A stretch of 60,569 nt of DNA, taken from assembly GCA_038229915.1 (NCBI GenBank), contig JBBRNY010000003.1, positions 1 through 60,569 of the forward strand, read 5' to 3'. This DNA is from Candidatus Kapaibacterium sp. GTDB lineage: Bacteria; Bacteroidota; Ignavibacteria; Palsa-1295. Positions 17,957 through 26,547 of the stretch are shown here, piece after piece (position 1 is the first letter of the stretch; every line of letters starts with the position of its first letter). The position numbers were made by a program, and so were the translations under genes. The notes beneath the pieces were generated by a model that saw nothing but the letters and a program-made list of their open reading frames with translations, had not been told where the DNA came from and searched no databases.

Positions 17957-18355
17957 ATGATACAAAGACTGATCATATTGATTGTTTTACTGAGTGCGGC
18001 TTCGGTTTCGGCGCAAACGATTGCAAAGAATGAAGTTGGCGCTCATGAGGCGCATCCAAATATCCCGGTCAGTGTCGTTTCAGGGGCGCTGATAAATCCC
18101 GGATACAGCGTTATTTATCTCCAAAACAACAAGAGCTCCTCGTTCGAAATCACTTCGCCGAGATCGGACAAGGGTGAGGTTAAGCTCCAAAATGTCAATG
18201 GCGAGGATATTTGTCTCATCCATAAAGGCGTAATAAAAGAGGGCAAAAACACCTTCTCGCTGGGTAAGCGCAAGGTTGCGCGAGGAATATATTACGTGGT
18301 TTCCAAACTCTCCAGTGGCGAGCAATTCGCTGATAGGGTCGTCGTAAGCAAATAA
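17957..18355 (+). CDS. Small secreted protein with a T9SS CTD-like C-terminus
   Basis: Signal peptide MIQRLIILIVLLSAASVSAQ. The C-terminus EVKLQNVNGEDICLI...GIYYVVSKLSSGEQFADRVVVSK resembles a T9SS sorting domain. Confidence 0.6.
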   Translation: MIQRLIILIVLLSAASVSAQTIAKNEVGAHEAHPNIPVSVVSGALINPGYSVIYLQNNKSSSFEITSPRSDKGEVKLQNVNGEDICLIHKGVIKEGKNTFSLGKRKVARGIYYVVSKLSSGEQFADRVVVSK

Positions 18356-18378
18356 TTTTTTTGCATCGTTACCAACTT

Positions 18379-18506
18379 GTCATTCTGAAGGAGCTTGACA
18401 AAAACCTCAAACTGTGATTACTCTCCGCGACTGAAGAATCTCAGGCTTAGTAGAAGACATCGAGATTATTCCGTAGGAGATCCTTCGCTCATCGCTCAGG
18501 ATGACA
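18379..18506. repeat. Two inverted copies of a GTCATyCTGA...GAAGrATCTC palindromic intergenic element
   Basis: TGTCATTCTGA (18379-18389) against the reverse complement of TCAGGATGACA (18496-18506). GAAGAATCTC (18434-18443) against the reverse complement of GAGATCCTTC (18477-18486). Confidence 0.55.
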
Positions 18507-18610
18507 GTATTGAAGTTTTTTCACTTCCAGTTTCAACCTTCCAACTCTTAGCCATATCGCAACCATAATTCAAGAGTGATGTTATACCCATATCATCTCT
18601 TTTGAAATCT

Positions 18611-20605
18611 ATGAAATATTTTGCCTGTGTTTATATTTTGTTCGGTGCTTTGCTTTTCGGTGCTGAGCCGCTTCGCGCTCAGGTTTCTTCTGATGTTGTT
18701 GTGATGCTACAAGCGAGCGTGACGCAGACTCCGCCCCGGATCACTCTTCGTTGGCAGACCGATGCTTCTGCGACTTCCGTCGTCTTGGTGCGCCGCCTTG
18801 TTGGTGCCGCAAGTTGGGGCGCAAATAAGACACTCCTGAAAACCGATACGGTGTACGTTGATACCACCGTTGTCGTTGGTACCGAGTATGAATATCGTAT
18901 CACCAGAGTTGTAAAACATCCCACTGCGATCAATGCTATCGGCTATATCCGTTCCGGGATTGATGTCACAGTAGGGGATAATGCCGGTGGATGTATCTTA
19001 GTCGTTGATACAACTTATGCTGCATTTTTTAAGAATGAGTTGATACGTCTTGAACAAGATCTTCTTGCTGAAGGTAATGTGGTGACTCGTGTGAATGTCA
19101 ATGCGAACGATAGCGTACCGGCGATCAAATACCGTTTGAGCGCAATTTATAACGCCGACCCTGATAATATCAAAACATTGTTTGTCTTTGGGCACGTCCC
19201 GATTCCATATTCTGGGTTTATCAATCCCGACGGGCATCCCGATCATCTTGGCGCTTGGCCGACCGATAATTATTATGGCGAGTTTGATGGTGATTGGACT
19301 GACGCCTACATTGATACTTCAAAAGCAAGAAGACCGATCAATCATAATGTGAATGGTGACGGAAAATTCGATCAATCACAATTGCCTGATGATGTAAATC
19401 TGCAGATCGGGCGCGTTGATCTCAGCAATATGCCGAACTTCGTACTGAGCGAAAAAGAATTGCTGAAGCAATATCTCGATAAAGATCACGCCTATCGTAC
19501 TGGTGAAATGGTAATACCAGAGCGAGCGTTGATCGATGATAATTTTGGATATTTTGGTGGCGAAGCCTTTGCATCAAGTGGATGGAGAAATTTCGCACCG
19601 TTAGTCGGTAGTGATAGCATTCATGAACTTGACTGGTTCACAACACTCCCATCAACCCCGTATCTCTGGGCGTATGGTTGTGGTGGCGGATATGATAACA
19701 GTTGCAGTGGTGTAGGGACAACAGCAGATTTTGCGGCAAACGATTCTCGCGCAGTTTTTACATTGCTCTTCGGAAGTTATTTCGGCGATTGGAATTTGCA
19801 GAATAATTTCTTGCGCGCTCCTCTTTGTACATCATATGGTTTGACGTGCGCTTGGAGCGGACGCCCCTACTGGGACGTCTTTCCGATGGGAATGGGACAC
19901 TCGACGGGCGAAGTCGCGATGCTCACGACGAATAATTCAGGAACATACGTTGCGAACTATGCAAACTATTGGGTTCATGTTGAGTTGATGGGCGACCCGA
20001 CACTTCGTTTGCGTCCATTCGCTGCGCCGAAATCAGTGTCGGCCAGCATTCCCGCAGAAAAAAACAGTGTTATGATTGACTGGCAGGGTACTTCCGGTGT
20101 GGATAATTATAATGTCTATCGAGCATCAGTCAAAGAAAATCATTTTGTGCTCTTGAATTCCACTCCGATCGTTGGTACTAACTATGTTGATTGGCATCCG
20201 ATCGCTGACTCAGCAATTTATCTTGTGCGCGGAGTACGCAGCGAAATCACCAAGTCCGGGAATTATCTTAATCTTTCACACGGTGCATTTGTCACGGTGC
20301 AAAGTGGTTTGAAAGATGCCGTACATCAAAGCGGCTCCGCCTCTTCGAATAAACTGTCGGTTATCTATCCTGTGACCGGGACTATCGCGACGGTGATGCT
20401 TGATCTGCAAGATGCTGGGCGCATTACTCTTGAGATAGTTGATCTGCAAGGGCGCACAGTCGAAGCTCTCGCAAATGATTACTATAGTAACGGCGCACAC
20501 CAGTTCGATTGGAATTTTGCGCAGTATGCTAACGGGCTGTACTTTGTTCGGATGACGGGCGCTATAGAGCCACTCTCATCAAAGATCTTAGTTCGGAAAT
20601 TTTAA
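18611..20605 (+). CDS. Large secreted T9SS cargo protein; the central region may be C25/clan-CD-peptidase-like (weak)
   Basis: Signal peptide MKYFACVYILFGALLFGAEPLRAQ. C-terminal CTD ...GRITLEIVDLQGRTVEALAN...NGLYFVRMTGAIEPLSSKILVRKF. LFVFGHVPIPYSG, LQIGRVDLSNMP and YGCGGGYDNSCSG segments. Confidence 0.75.
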   Translation: MKYFACVYILFGALLFGAEPLRAQVSSDVVVMLQASVTQTPPRITLRWQTDASATSVVLVRRLVGAASWGANKTLLKTDTVYVDTTVVVGTEYEYRITRVVKHPTAINAIGYIRSGIDVTVGDNAGGCILVVDTTYAAFFKNELIRLEQDLLAEGNVVTRVNVNANDSVPAIKYRLSAIYNADPDNIKTLFVFGHVPIPYSGFINPDGHPDHLGAWPTDNYYGEFDGDWTDAYIDTSKARRPINHNVNGDGKFDQSQLPDDVNLQIGRVDLSNMPNFVLSEKELLKQYLDKDHAYRTGEMVIPERALIDDNFGYFGGEAFASSGWRNFAPLVGSDSIHELDWFTTLPSTPYLWAYGCGGGYDNSCSGVGTTADFAANDSRAVFTLLFGSYFGDWNLQNNFLRAPLCTSYGLTCAWSGRPYWDVFPMGMGHSTGEVAMLTTNNSGTYVANYANYWVHVELMGDPTLRLRPFAAPKSVSASIPAEKNSVMIDWQGTSGVDNYNVYRASVKENHFVLLNSTPIVGTNYVDWHPIADSAIYLVRGVRSEITKSGNYLNLSHGAFVTVQSGLKDAVHQSGSASSNKLSVIYPVTGTIATVMLDLQDAGRITLEIVDLQGRTVEALANDYYSNGAHQFDWNFAQYANGLYFVRMTGAIEPLSSKILVRKF

Positions 20606-20626
20606 GAGAATCATTTGATAAGAATA

Positions 20627-20662
20627 AAATGCCTCGGTACAAATTTGTATCGAGGCATTTTT
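20627..20662 (+). terminator. Rho-independent terminator
   Basis: Long near-perfect palindrome AAATGCCTCGGTACAAA/TTTGTATCGAGGCATTT ending in TTTTT. Confidence 0.8.
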
Positions 20663-20699
20663 GAATATATTATTGGAAAATCTTGTTTATTGCATTCCT

Positions 20700-22100
20700 A
20701 TGAAAATATTTTTTATCGGTATTTGTGGTACGGCGATGGGCAATGGCGCGCTACTTTTGCGCGAGTTGGGTTATGATGTCGCCGGTTCGGACGAGAGTAT
20801 CTATCCGCCAATGTCGGACTTGCTTGCTGCCAGCGGCATCACGATCTATAACGGTTACGATGCCAAGCATATCGAAACAGCACAGGCTGATCTGGTCGTG
20901 ATCGGGAATGCAATGAGCCGTGGCAACGTCGAAGTAGAATATACGCTTGCCAAACGCATCGAATATATCTCTCTTGCCGAATTGCTGAAGCGGTTTGTGA
21001 TCAAAGGTAAAGAATCTATCGTGGTTACTGGTACACACGGCAAGACGACGACCTCATCGCTGGCGGCATATACATTCGAAGTCGGTGGCAAAGAGCCGAC
21101 GTTCTTGATCGGTGGCGTGCCGGAAAATTTCTCTCGCGGTTATCAAGCAAGACCTAACAGTAATATTGTTATTTTAGAAGGTGATGAGTATGACACCGCT
21201 TTTTTTGATAAACGCTCGAAGTTTTTACATTATCTCCCGACGACACTCATTATCAATAATATCGAATTTGATCATGCCGATATTTTTTCATCGCTCGATG
21301 AGATCAAACTTTCATTTAAGCGATGTACCTTGCAAGTGCCAAGCAATGGAGTAATTATCGCTAATGGCGATGACGTAAATGTGCGCGAAGTGATTGCAGG
21401 TTCTATCGCACCGGTCATTACGGTTGGTCTTTCGAATAAGTGTGCGGTTCGCGCCGAGAATATTCGATATGGTGAATCTTCGACAACCTTTGATCTGCTC
21501 TATGACGGGAAAGATCTTGGCACGATAGAGCTTGCGCTGCTTGGCGAATTCAATGTTAGGAATGCACTGGCGGTGATCGTTGCGGCAATGCAACATCAGA
21601 TTCCGCTTGCGAAGATACAGCTTGCACTTGTATCGTTCAAAAATGTGAAGCGCCGTCTTGAATATAAAGGTGAGTTTGGTGGCGTAAAAGTCTATGACGA
21701 CTTCGCGCATCATCCAACGGCGATCGCGGGTACACTTCGCGCCCTGCGCGCGAAGCACCCGAGCGAACGGCTGATCGCGATCTTCGAACCGCGGTCGAAC
21801 ACTACCCGTAGAAATATTTTTCAAAAAGAATTGGCAACCTGTTTTGCCGATGCCGATGTCGTCTTTATTTCACAGATAGCCCGTTTGCATTTGCTTGCAG
21901 AAAACGAACGACTTAATACTGAACAAGTAATGAACGACCTCCGCGCTGATGGTAAAGAAGCATTCTATCTCGAAGACGCGAATGCGATCACCGATACCGT
22001 CGCCGAAATAGCAAAACCCGGTGACGTGATCATCGTAATGTCAAATGGAAGTTTTGGCGGAATACATCCGATGCTGAAAGAAAAATTGTCGAAAGGGTAG
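20700..22100 (+). CDS. mpl: UDP-N-acetylmuramate:L-alanyl-gamma-D-glutamyl-meso-DAP ligase (murein peptide ligase)
   Basis: MKIFFIGICGTAMGNGALLLRELGYDVAGSDESIYPPMSDLL is the typical Mpl N-terminus. GTHGKTTT P-loop. The track start at 20661 lies in the terminator. Confidence 0.85.
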   Translation: MKIFFIGICGTAMGNGALLLRELGYDVAGSDESIYPPMSDLLAASGITIYNGYDAKHIETAQADLVVIGNAMSRGNVEVEYTLAKRIEYISLAELLKRFVIKGKESIVVTGTHGKTTTSSLAAYTFEVGGKEPTFLIGGVPENFSRGYQARPNSNIVILEGDEYDTAFFDKRSKFLHYLPTTLIINNIEFDHADIFSSLDEIKLSFKRCTLQVPSNGVIIANGDDVNVREVIAGSIAPVITVGLSNKCAVRAENIRYGESSTTFDLLYDGKDLGTIELALLGEFNVRNALAVIVAAMQHQIPLAKIQLALVSFKNVKRRLEYKGEFGGVKVYDDFAHHPTAIAGTLRALRAKHPSERLIAIFEPRSNTTRRNIFQKELATCFADADVVFISQIARLHLLAENERLNTEQVMNDLRADGKEAFYLEDANAITDTVAEIAKPGDVIIVMSNGSFGGIHPMLKEKLSKG

Positions 22101-22113
22101 ATGCTTCGCGAGC

Positions 22114-23079
22114 TCAGGATATTTTTGAAATACTGTTGATCACTATCTCGGGTGTAATATCGACCATACACTTAAAATGTCCTTTTGGGCAATGATCGGA
22201 GCCAATGGTTGTACAGGGGCGGCAGGAGAGAGTCGTGTTCTCGATAACTATAGCATTTTTTGATCGTGGCATAAAACCAAACTCGCGGACTGTCGGGCCG
22301 AATATTGAAATAGTTTTTACACCGACCGCGGCTGCGAGATGCATTAAGCCTGAGTCGTTGGTGATAGCAAGTTCGCACGACGCAAGACGTGCCGGCATTT
22401 CTTCGAGAGTGAACGCTCCGCAAAAATTTGTTGCCTGCTGAGGCGAAAATTCTTTTACGATAGAATCGCCAAGGGCTTTTTCATCTTGTGAGCCGTGAAC
22501 TTCAATGGTGTAACCATCTTTTATCAGTGAGCCCGCAACGGCGACGAAATATTCCGGAAGCCAACGTTTATTCCAATGCTTTGCCCCTGGGATGATCGCA
22601 ACTTTCTTTTCTTGTTCGATAGTGGTCTTGATCGCGGGAGCATTTCCCTCATCTTTAACGCCGAGGTCTCTCGCGGTTTCAAAATAACGACCGACTGCAT
22701 CCGGCGTATTTTTAAGAAGATTAATTTTGAAGTTTACCAATAACCATCTTCTGAATGATCTTTTTTGGATAATATCAATCTCCGCGTGAGGTAATATGCG
22801 TAATACTTTTGATCGGAGATTGCTATGGAGATCAAGTACGAACTCATAATGATTTTCGGCAAGCTCTTGTCGGAGTTCGGCTATGTCCTCGGTGTCGGTA
22901 TCAAAAGCGATCACTTCATCGACAAAACCGAAGAGCCACGCAAGATCGGCATATTCTTTTTTGACAAGAAGATCAATGCGCGCACCTGTATAGCGCTTGC
23001 GGAGCGCTTCGAGCAAGGGGATCGTCAGAACAAGATCCCCGAGCGAACTCAGGCGTATGATCAGAATATGCGGTTGCAT
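22114..23079 (-). CDS. Glycosyltransferase family 9 (heptosyltransferase-like)
   Basis: ILIIRLSSLGDLVLTIPLLEALRKRY N-terminus and C-terminal NDSGLMHLAAAVG motif. Confidence 0.85.
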   Translation of the reverse strand: MQPHILIIRLSSLGDLVLTIPLLEALRKRYTGARIDLLVKKEYADLAWLFGFVDEVIAFDTDTEDIAELRQELAENHYEFVLDLHSNLRSKVLRILPHAEIDIIQKRSFRRWLLVNFKINLLKNTPDAVGRYFETARDLGVKDEGNAPAIKTTIEQEKKVAIIPGAKHWNKRWLPEYFVAVAGSLIKDGYTIEVHGSQDEKALGDSIVKEFSPQQATNFCGAFTLEEMPARLASCELAITNDSGLMHLAAAVGVKTISIFGPTVREFGFMPRSKNAIVIENTTLSCRPCTTIGSDHCPKGHFKCMVDITPEIVINSISKIS

Positions 23080-23129
23080 TTTTTATGGGTCAGTCGTGTT
23101 TGATACACCCTAATACGAAGATACGAACA

Positions 23130-24665
23130 ATGAACAAGGCACAAACGCTCAAAGAGTTACAGGCATCGAACTACGAAGTACTTCCGATCAAGGAAGAAGT
23201 ACGCCGAAATCTTATTCAAAAACTCCGCGACAAAGAGGAGTTGTTCCCGGGAATCTTGGGCTATGACGAAACGGTGATCCCTCAGGTCATCAACGCGTTG
23301 CTCGCAAAGCATGATATGATCTTACTCGGGCTTCGTGGGCAAGCAAAGACGCGCTTGGCGAGAAGTTTGGTGAATCTACTTGATGAGTGGACGCCGATCA
23401 TTGCCGGAAGTGAAGTGATGGATAATCCGTTCGCGCCGATCTCCTATCACGGCAGAAATGTTCTGAAAGAACGTGGCGGCGACACGCCGATCGAATGGAT
23501 ACACCGTAGCGAACGCTACAGCGAAAAATTGGCAACACCGGATGTGACGATCGCCGATCTGATCGGTGATATTGATCCGCTCAAAGCGGCGGCAGAGCGT
23601 TTGCATTATTCGCACGAAGGGGCTATTCACTTCGGTATTGCACCGCGTACAAATCGTGGAATTTTTGCGATCAACGAACTCCCTGATCTTCAACCAAGAA
23701 TCCAGGTAGGCTTGTTTAATATTCTCGAGGAGCGAGATATCCAAATACGTGGATTCAAAGTTCGTATTCCGCTTGATGCATTGATGATCTTCACCGCGAA
23801 CCCCGAAGATTATACCAATCGCGGAAATATTATTACGCCGCTGAAAGATCGTATCGCTTCGCAGATCATTACGCACTATCCGCTTGATATTGAAAATGCG
23901 ATCGCCATCACCCAGCAAGAAGCCTGGACGAATCGTTGGGATAGTGAAGAGGGGCTCGTTATTCCGTATTATTTTAAAGAGATCATCGAGCAGATCGCTA
24001 TCGAAGCGCGAAGCTCCGATTGGGTTGACCAAAAATCGGGTGTGTCGGCACGCTTGAGCACGAGCGCCATGGAGACATTGATCTCGAATGCCGAGCGGCG
24101 CGCCATTGCTTGTGGTGACGTTATTATCGCGCCACGCATTACCGATCTTGCGGCGGTCATTACGGGTATTACCGGTAAAGTCGAGTTGGTATTCGAAGGT
24201 GAAGAAGAGGGCATCGCGACGGTTGCTAAAGCATTGATCGGGCGAGCAGTAAAAACAATTTTCAGAAAATATTTTCCTGATCCGCTCGCAAAAGCAAAAC
24301 GCCCTAACGGACAAAACGCCCCAGCCGAGCGCACCGACTATGATGATATTCTCGCATGGTTTGCCAGCGGCAATAGTCTGGCACTGACCGATACGATGAG
24401 CTTTGATACTTATACCCACGAGCTTTCGCGAGTGCCGAAGCTCAAAGAATTTGCGGCAAAGCATATCTCTATTCCCGAAGCTGATCGTTTTTCGCTTGCA
24501 TCGGCTATGGAGTTTGTGTTAGAAGGTCTCCATCAACACTCGAAGATCGCGAAAGCCGAAGTATTCGGCACACCGGCAGTGAGTTATGGCGATATGATCG
24601 GCTCGATCTTCGCCGGAGATTTTGATGTCGATGAGGATGACGAAGGATTTGAAGAAGATCTGTAA
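23130..24665 (+). CDS. AAA+ ATPase, Mg-chelatase subunit I / MoxR-like
   Basis: GLRGQAKT Walker A-like motif, GIFAINELPDL Walker B region, FTANPEDYTNRGNIITPLKDR. Start taken at ATG 23130. Confidence 0.75.
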   Translation: MNKAQTLKELQASNYEVLPIKEEVRRNLIQKLRDKEELFPGILGYDETVIPQVINALLAKHDMILLGLRGQAKTRLARSLVNLLDEWTPIIAGSEVMDNPFAPISYHGRNVLKERGGDTPIEWIHRSERYSEKLATPDVTIADLIGDIDPLKAAAERLHYSHEGAIHFGIAPRTNRGIFAINELPDLQPRIQVGLFNILEERDIQIRGFKVRIPLDALMIFTANPEDYTNRGNIITPLKDRIASQIITHYPLDIENAIAITQQEAWTNRWDSEEGLVIPYYFKEIIEQIAIEARSSDWVDQKSGVSARLSTSAMETLISNAERRAIACGDVIIAPRITDLAAVITGITGKVELVFEGEEEGIATVAKALIGRAVKTIFRKYFPDPLAKAKRPNGQNAPAERTDYDDILAWFASGNSLALTDTMSFDTYTHELSRVPKLKEFAAKHISIPEADRFSLASAMEFVLEGLHQHSKIAKAEVFGTPAVSYGDMIGSIFAGDFDVDEDDEGFEEDL

Positions 24666-25072
24666 TGTCAAAAGAACTCGAACATCCCGTCATTCTTTTT
24701 GATGGCGTTTGTAATTTTTGCGATGCCTCGGTGAATTTTATTATTGACCACGATCCGAAATTACATTTTAAATTTACAGCGCAACAACTTGATGCAGGAC
24801 AGGATATTCTTCGTAAGAATGGGCTCGACCCCGCGAAGCTTGATACACTTGTGCTCTGGGAAGATGGGAAGGTCTATACACGCTCGACAGCTGCACTCCG
24901 CATTGCGAAGCAATTGAGCGGTGGATGGAAATTGTTTTACGTATTTATTATTATCCCGCGCCCGATACGCGATGTGTTTTACAATTTATTTGCAAAGTAT
25001 CGCTATAAACTATTTGGCAAAAAAGAAGCCTGCCGAGTCCCGACCGCAGCCGAGCGTGCACGCTTTATTTAG
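24665..25072 (+). CDS. Thiol-disulfide oxidoreductase, DCC family (DUF393)
   Basis: ILFDGVCNFCDASVNFII motif. TAATG overlap with the AAA+ gene. Confidence 0.8.
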   Translation: MSKELEHPVILFDGVCNFCDASVNFIIDHDPKLHFKFTAQQLDAGQDILRKNGLDPAKLDTLVLWEDGKVYTRSTAALRIAKQLSGGWKLFYVFIIIPRPIRDVFYNLFAKYRYKLFGKKEACRVPTAAERARFI

Positions 25073-26438
25073 CGACGACAAATTTTACGAGCTTCGATAT
25101 TCCGTCCTGAGTAAAAACTAATTCATAACTTCCTGACACCAGTGAGCGAAGATCGATCGTCGTTTGAGTGATCGGCGGTGTTGATACAAAAACCTGCTCC
25201 GACACTGCATTACCGCTAATAGTATTAATACGAATACTAATTGGTTTGTCAGAAAACGATCTGCTCTCAATATTGAGTGTTCGAGTACTTGGGTTCGGAA
25301 ATAGTTGAACGGCGAAAGAATTATCGTTTGTGTTATTCGGAATGCTCTGCGTGGCAGAGTCGAGCATTGAATAGGGAATAGCAACAAATTTTGGTCGGTA
25401 ACAATCGGCGTTCAGCCGCTCTGTCCATACACTTACTCTGCACGTCGAGTCGTTGCCATTGACATTATATCCGATCGAGATCGAATCGTTGTATATTTCG
25501 GGATGAGGCATTGCATTATAGGTGACGAGATACTCGCCTTTCCATTTATCTTCGATGGTGTATAGTAGCTGCTCACCAACAAACGGACCCGTCGGTGTCG
25601 TTGCTCGGTATGCGTATAGATGCCTTCCACCACCGGGAGTTAGAAATCCATTTTCTTGCGAAAAGATATAATAGGTACCATGATGTTTCACAACACCATA
25701 CGCCGCGCCCATCGCAAAGTTTGAAATTTTGTTTGCTTGTATAGGATCGTTCGACCACGAAGTGCCATTGAAGAATTCCCAGCCGCCGAGCAGATGATCG
25801 AGTGTAAATCTTGCGACATACGGCTCGAAGACGATCCAATTTGCGCGAACGCCATAAGAATAATAATACCCCGAGGCAGAATCATACAAAATGCTAACCC
25901 CAAAATTAATTTTTGCAAAATCGGGGAGTGCAGTAATACTCAATAATTTCAGATCAGGATAATGCAACTTTGCCACGTAATTTCCGAGCGAGGCTATCGA
26001 CGCATCGTTTTTGATCTTACCGAGAAAAATATAGACAGTATCAGCTTTCACGAAACCGTCGTTTGGCCAGTACAATGTCGTGTCGCTCCACGGATAATCA
26101 CGAAAGAATGTACGTTGCACACCCGTTTGGGATGAGTCAAGAAGTGTGTGAAACTCGTTGCCACTTTGTACCATCACGGCATTTCGAACTTGGAACAGAC
26201 ACGGGAGTGTCGTATCGGATTTGCGGACATCAACGAGGTAGCTATCGCCAAAAAGCCAGAGGCGTCTGCCATCGGGTAGCGGCATCGAGATCGAGCCATC
26301 GCCTGCGGTCCATCCGCCGCTATCTCGACGAAGAAGTTGTGTGTATAGCTCATCTCGGTCTGTCAACTGAGCAATTACTGTTAGCGGTGCTAGACAGAAA
26401 ATGATGACGGCGATGATCTTCGTTAGATGTGTATTCAT
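25065..26438 (-). CDS. Secreted T9SS cargo protein, possibly glycoside-hydrolase-like (DUF4185-like; weak)
   Basis: Signal peptide MNTHLTKIIAVIIFCLAPLTVIAQ. DGRRLWLFGDSYL motif. C-terminal CTD VQLFPNPSTRTLNIES...GSYELVFTQDGISKLVKFVVAK. Confidence 0.7.
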   Translation of the reverse strand: MNTHLTKIIAVIIFCLAPLTVIAQLTDRDELYTQLLRRDSGGWTAGDGSISMPLPDGRRLWLFGDSYLVDVRKSDTTLPCLFQVRNAVMVQSGNEFHTLLDSSQTGVQRTFFRDYPWSDTTLYWPNDGFVKADTVYIFLGKIKNDASIASLGNYVAKLHYPDLKLLSITALPDFAKINFGVSILYDSASGYYYSYGVRANWIVFEPYVARFTLDHLLGGWEFFNGTSWSNDPIQANKISNFAMGAAYGVVKHHGTYYIFSQENGFLTPGGGRHLYAYRATTPTGPFVGEQLLYTIEDKWKGEYLVTYNAMPHPEIYNDSISIGYNVNGNDSTCRVSVWTERLNADCYRPKFVAIPYSMLDSATQSIPNNTNDNSFAVQLFPNPSTRTLNIESRSFSDKPISIRINTISGNAVSEQVFVSTPPITQTTIDLRSLVSGSYELVFTQDGISKLVKFVVAK

Positions 26439-26547
26439 TTGTTCAAATGATCCTATCGAACACAAACACTTGTAGTTGCAAGATAGTGTTTCATCGCCTA
26501 AATTACGAATTTATAATTTGATGGCTGAAATTCATTAGTTTTGCAGT

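Noticed and set aside
23376-24464. 362-aa minus-strand ORF antisense to the AAA+ ATPase gene.
   Set aside because: It is Arg/Ile/Phe-rich, has no motifs and is fully embedded antisense to a gene with clear AAA+ motifs.
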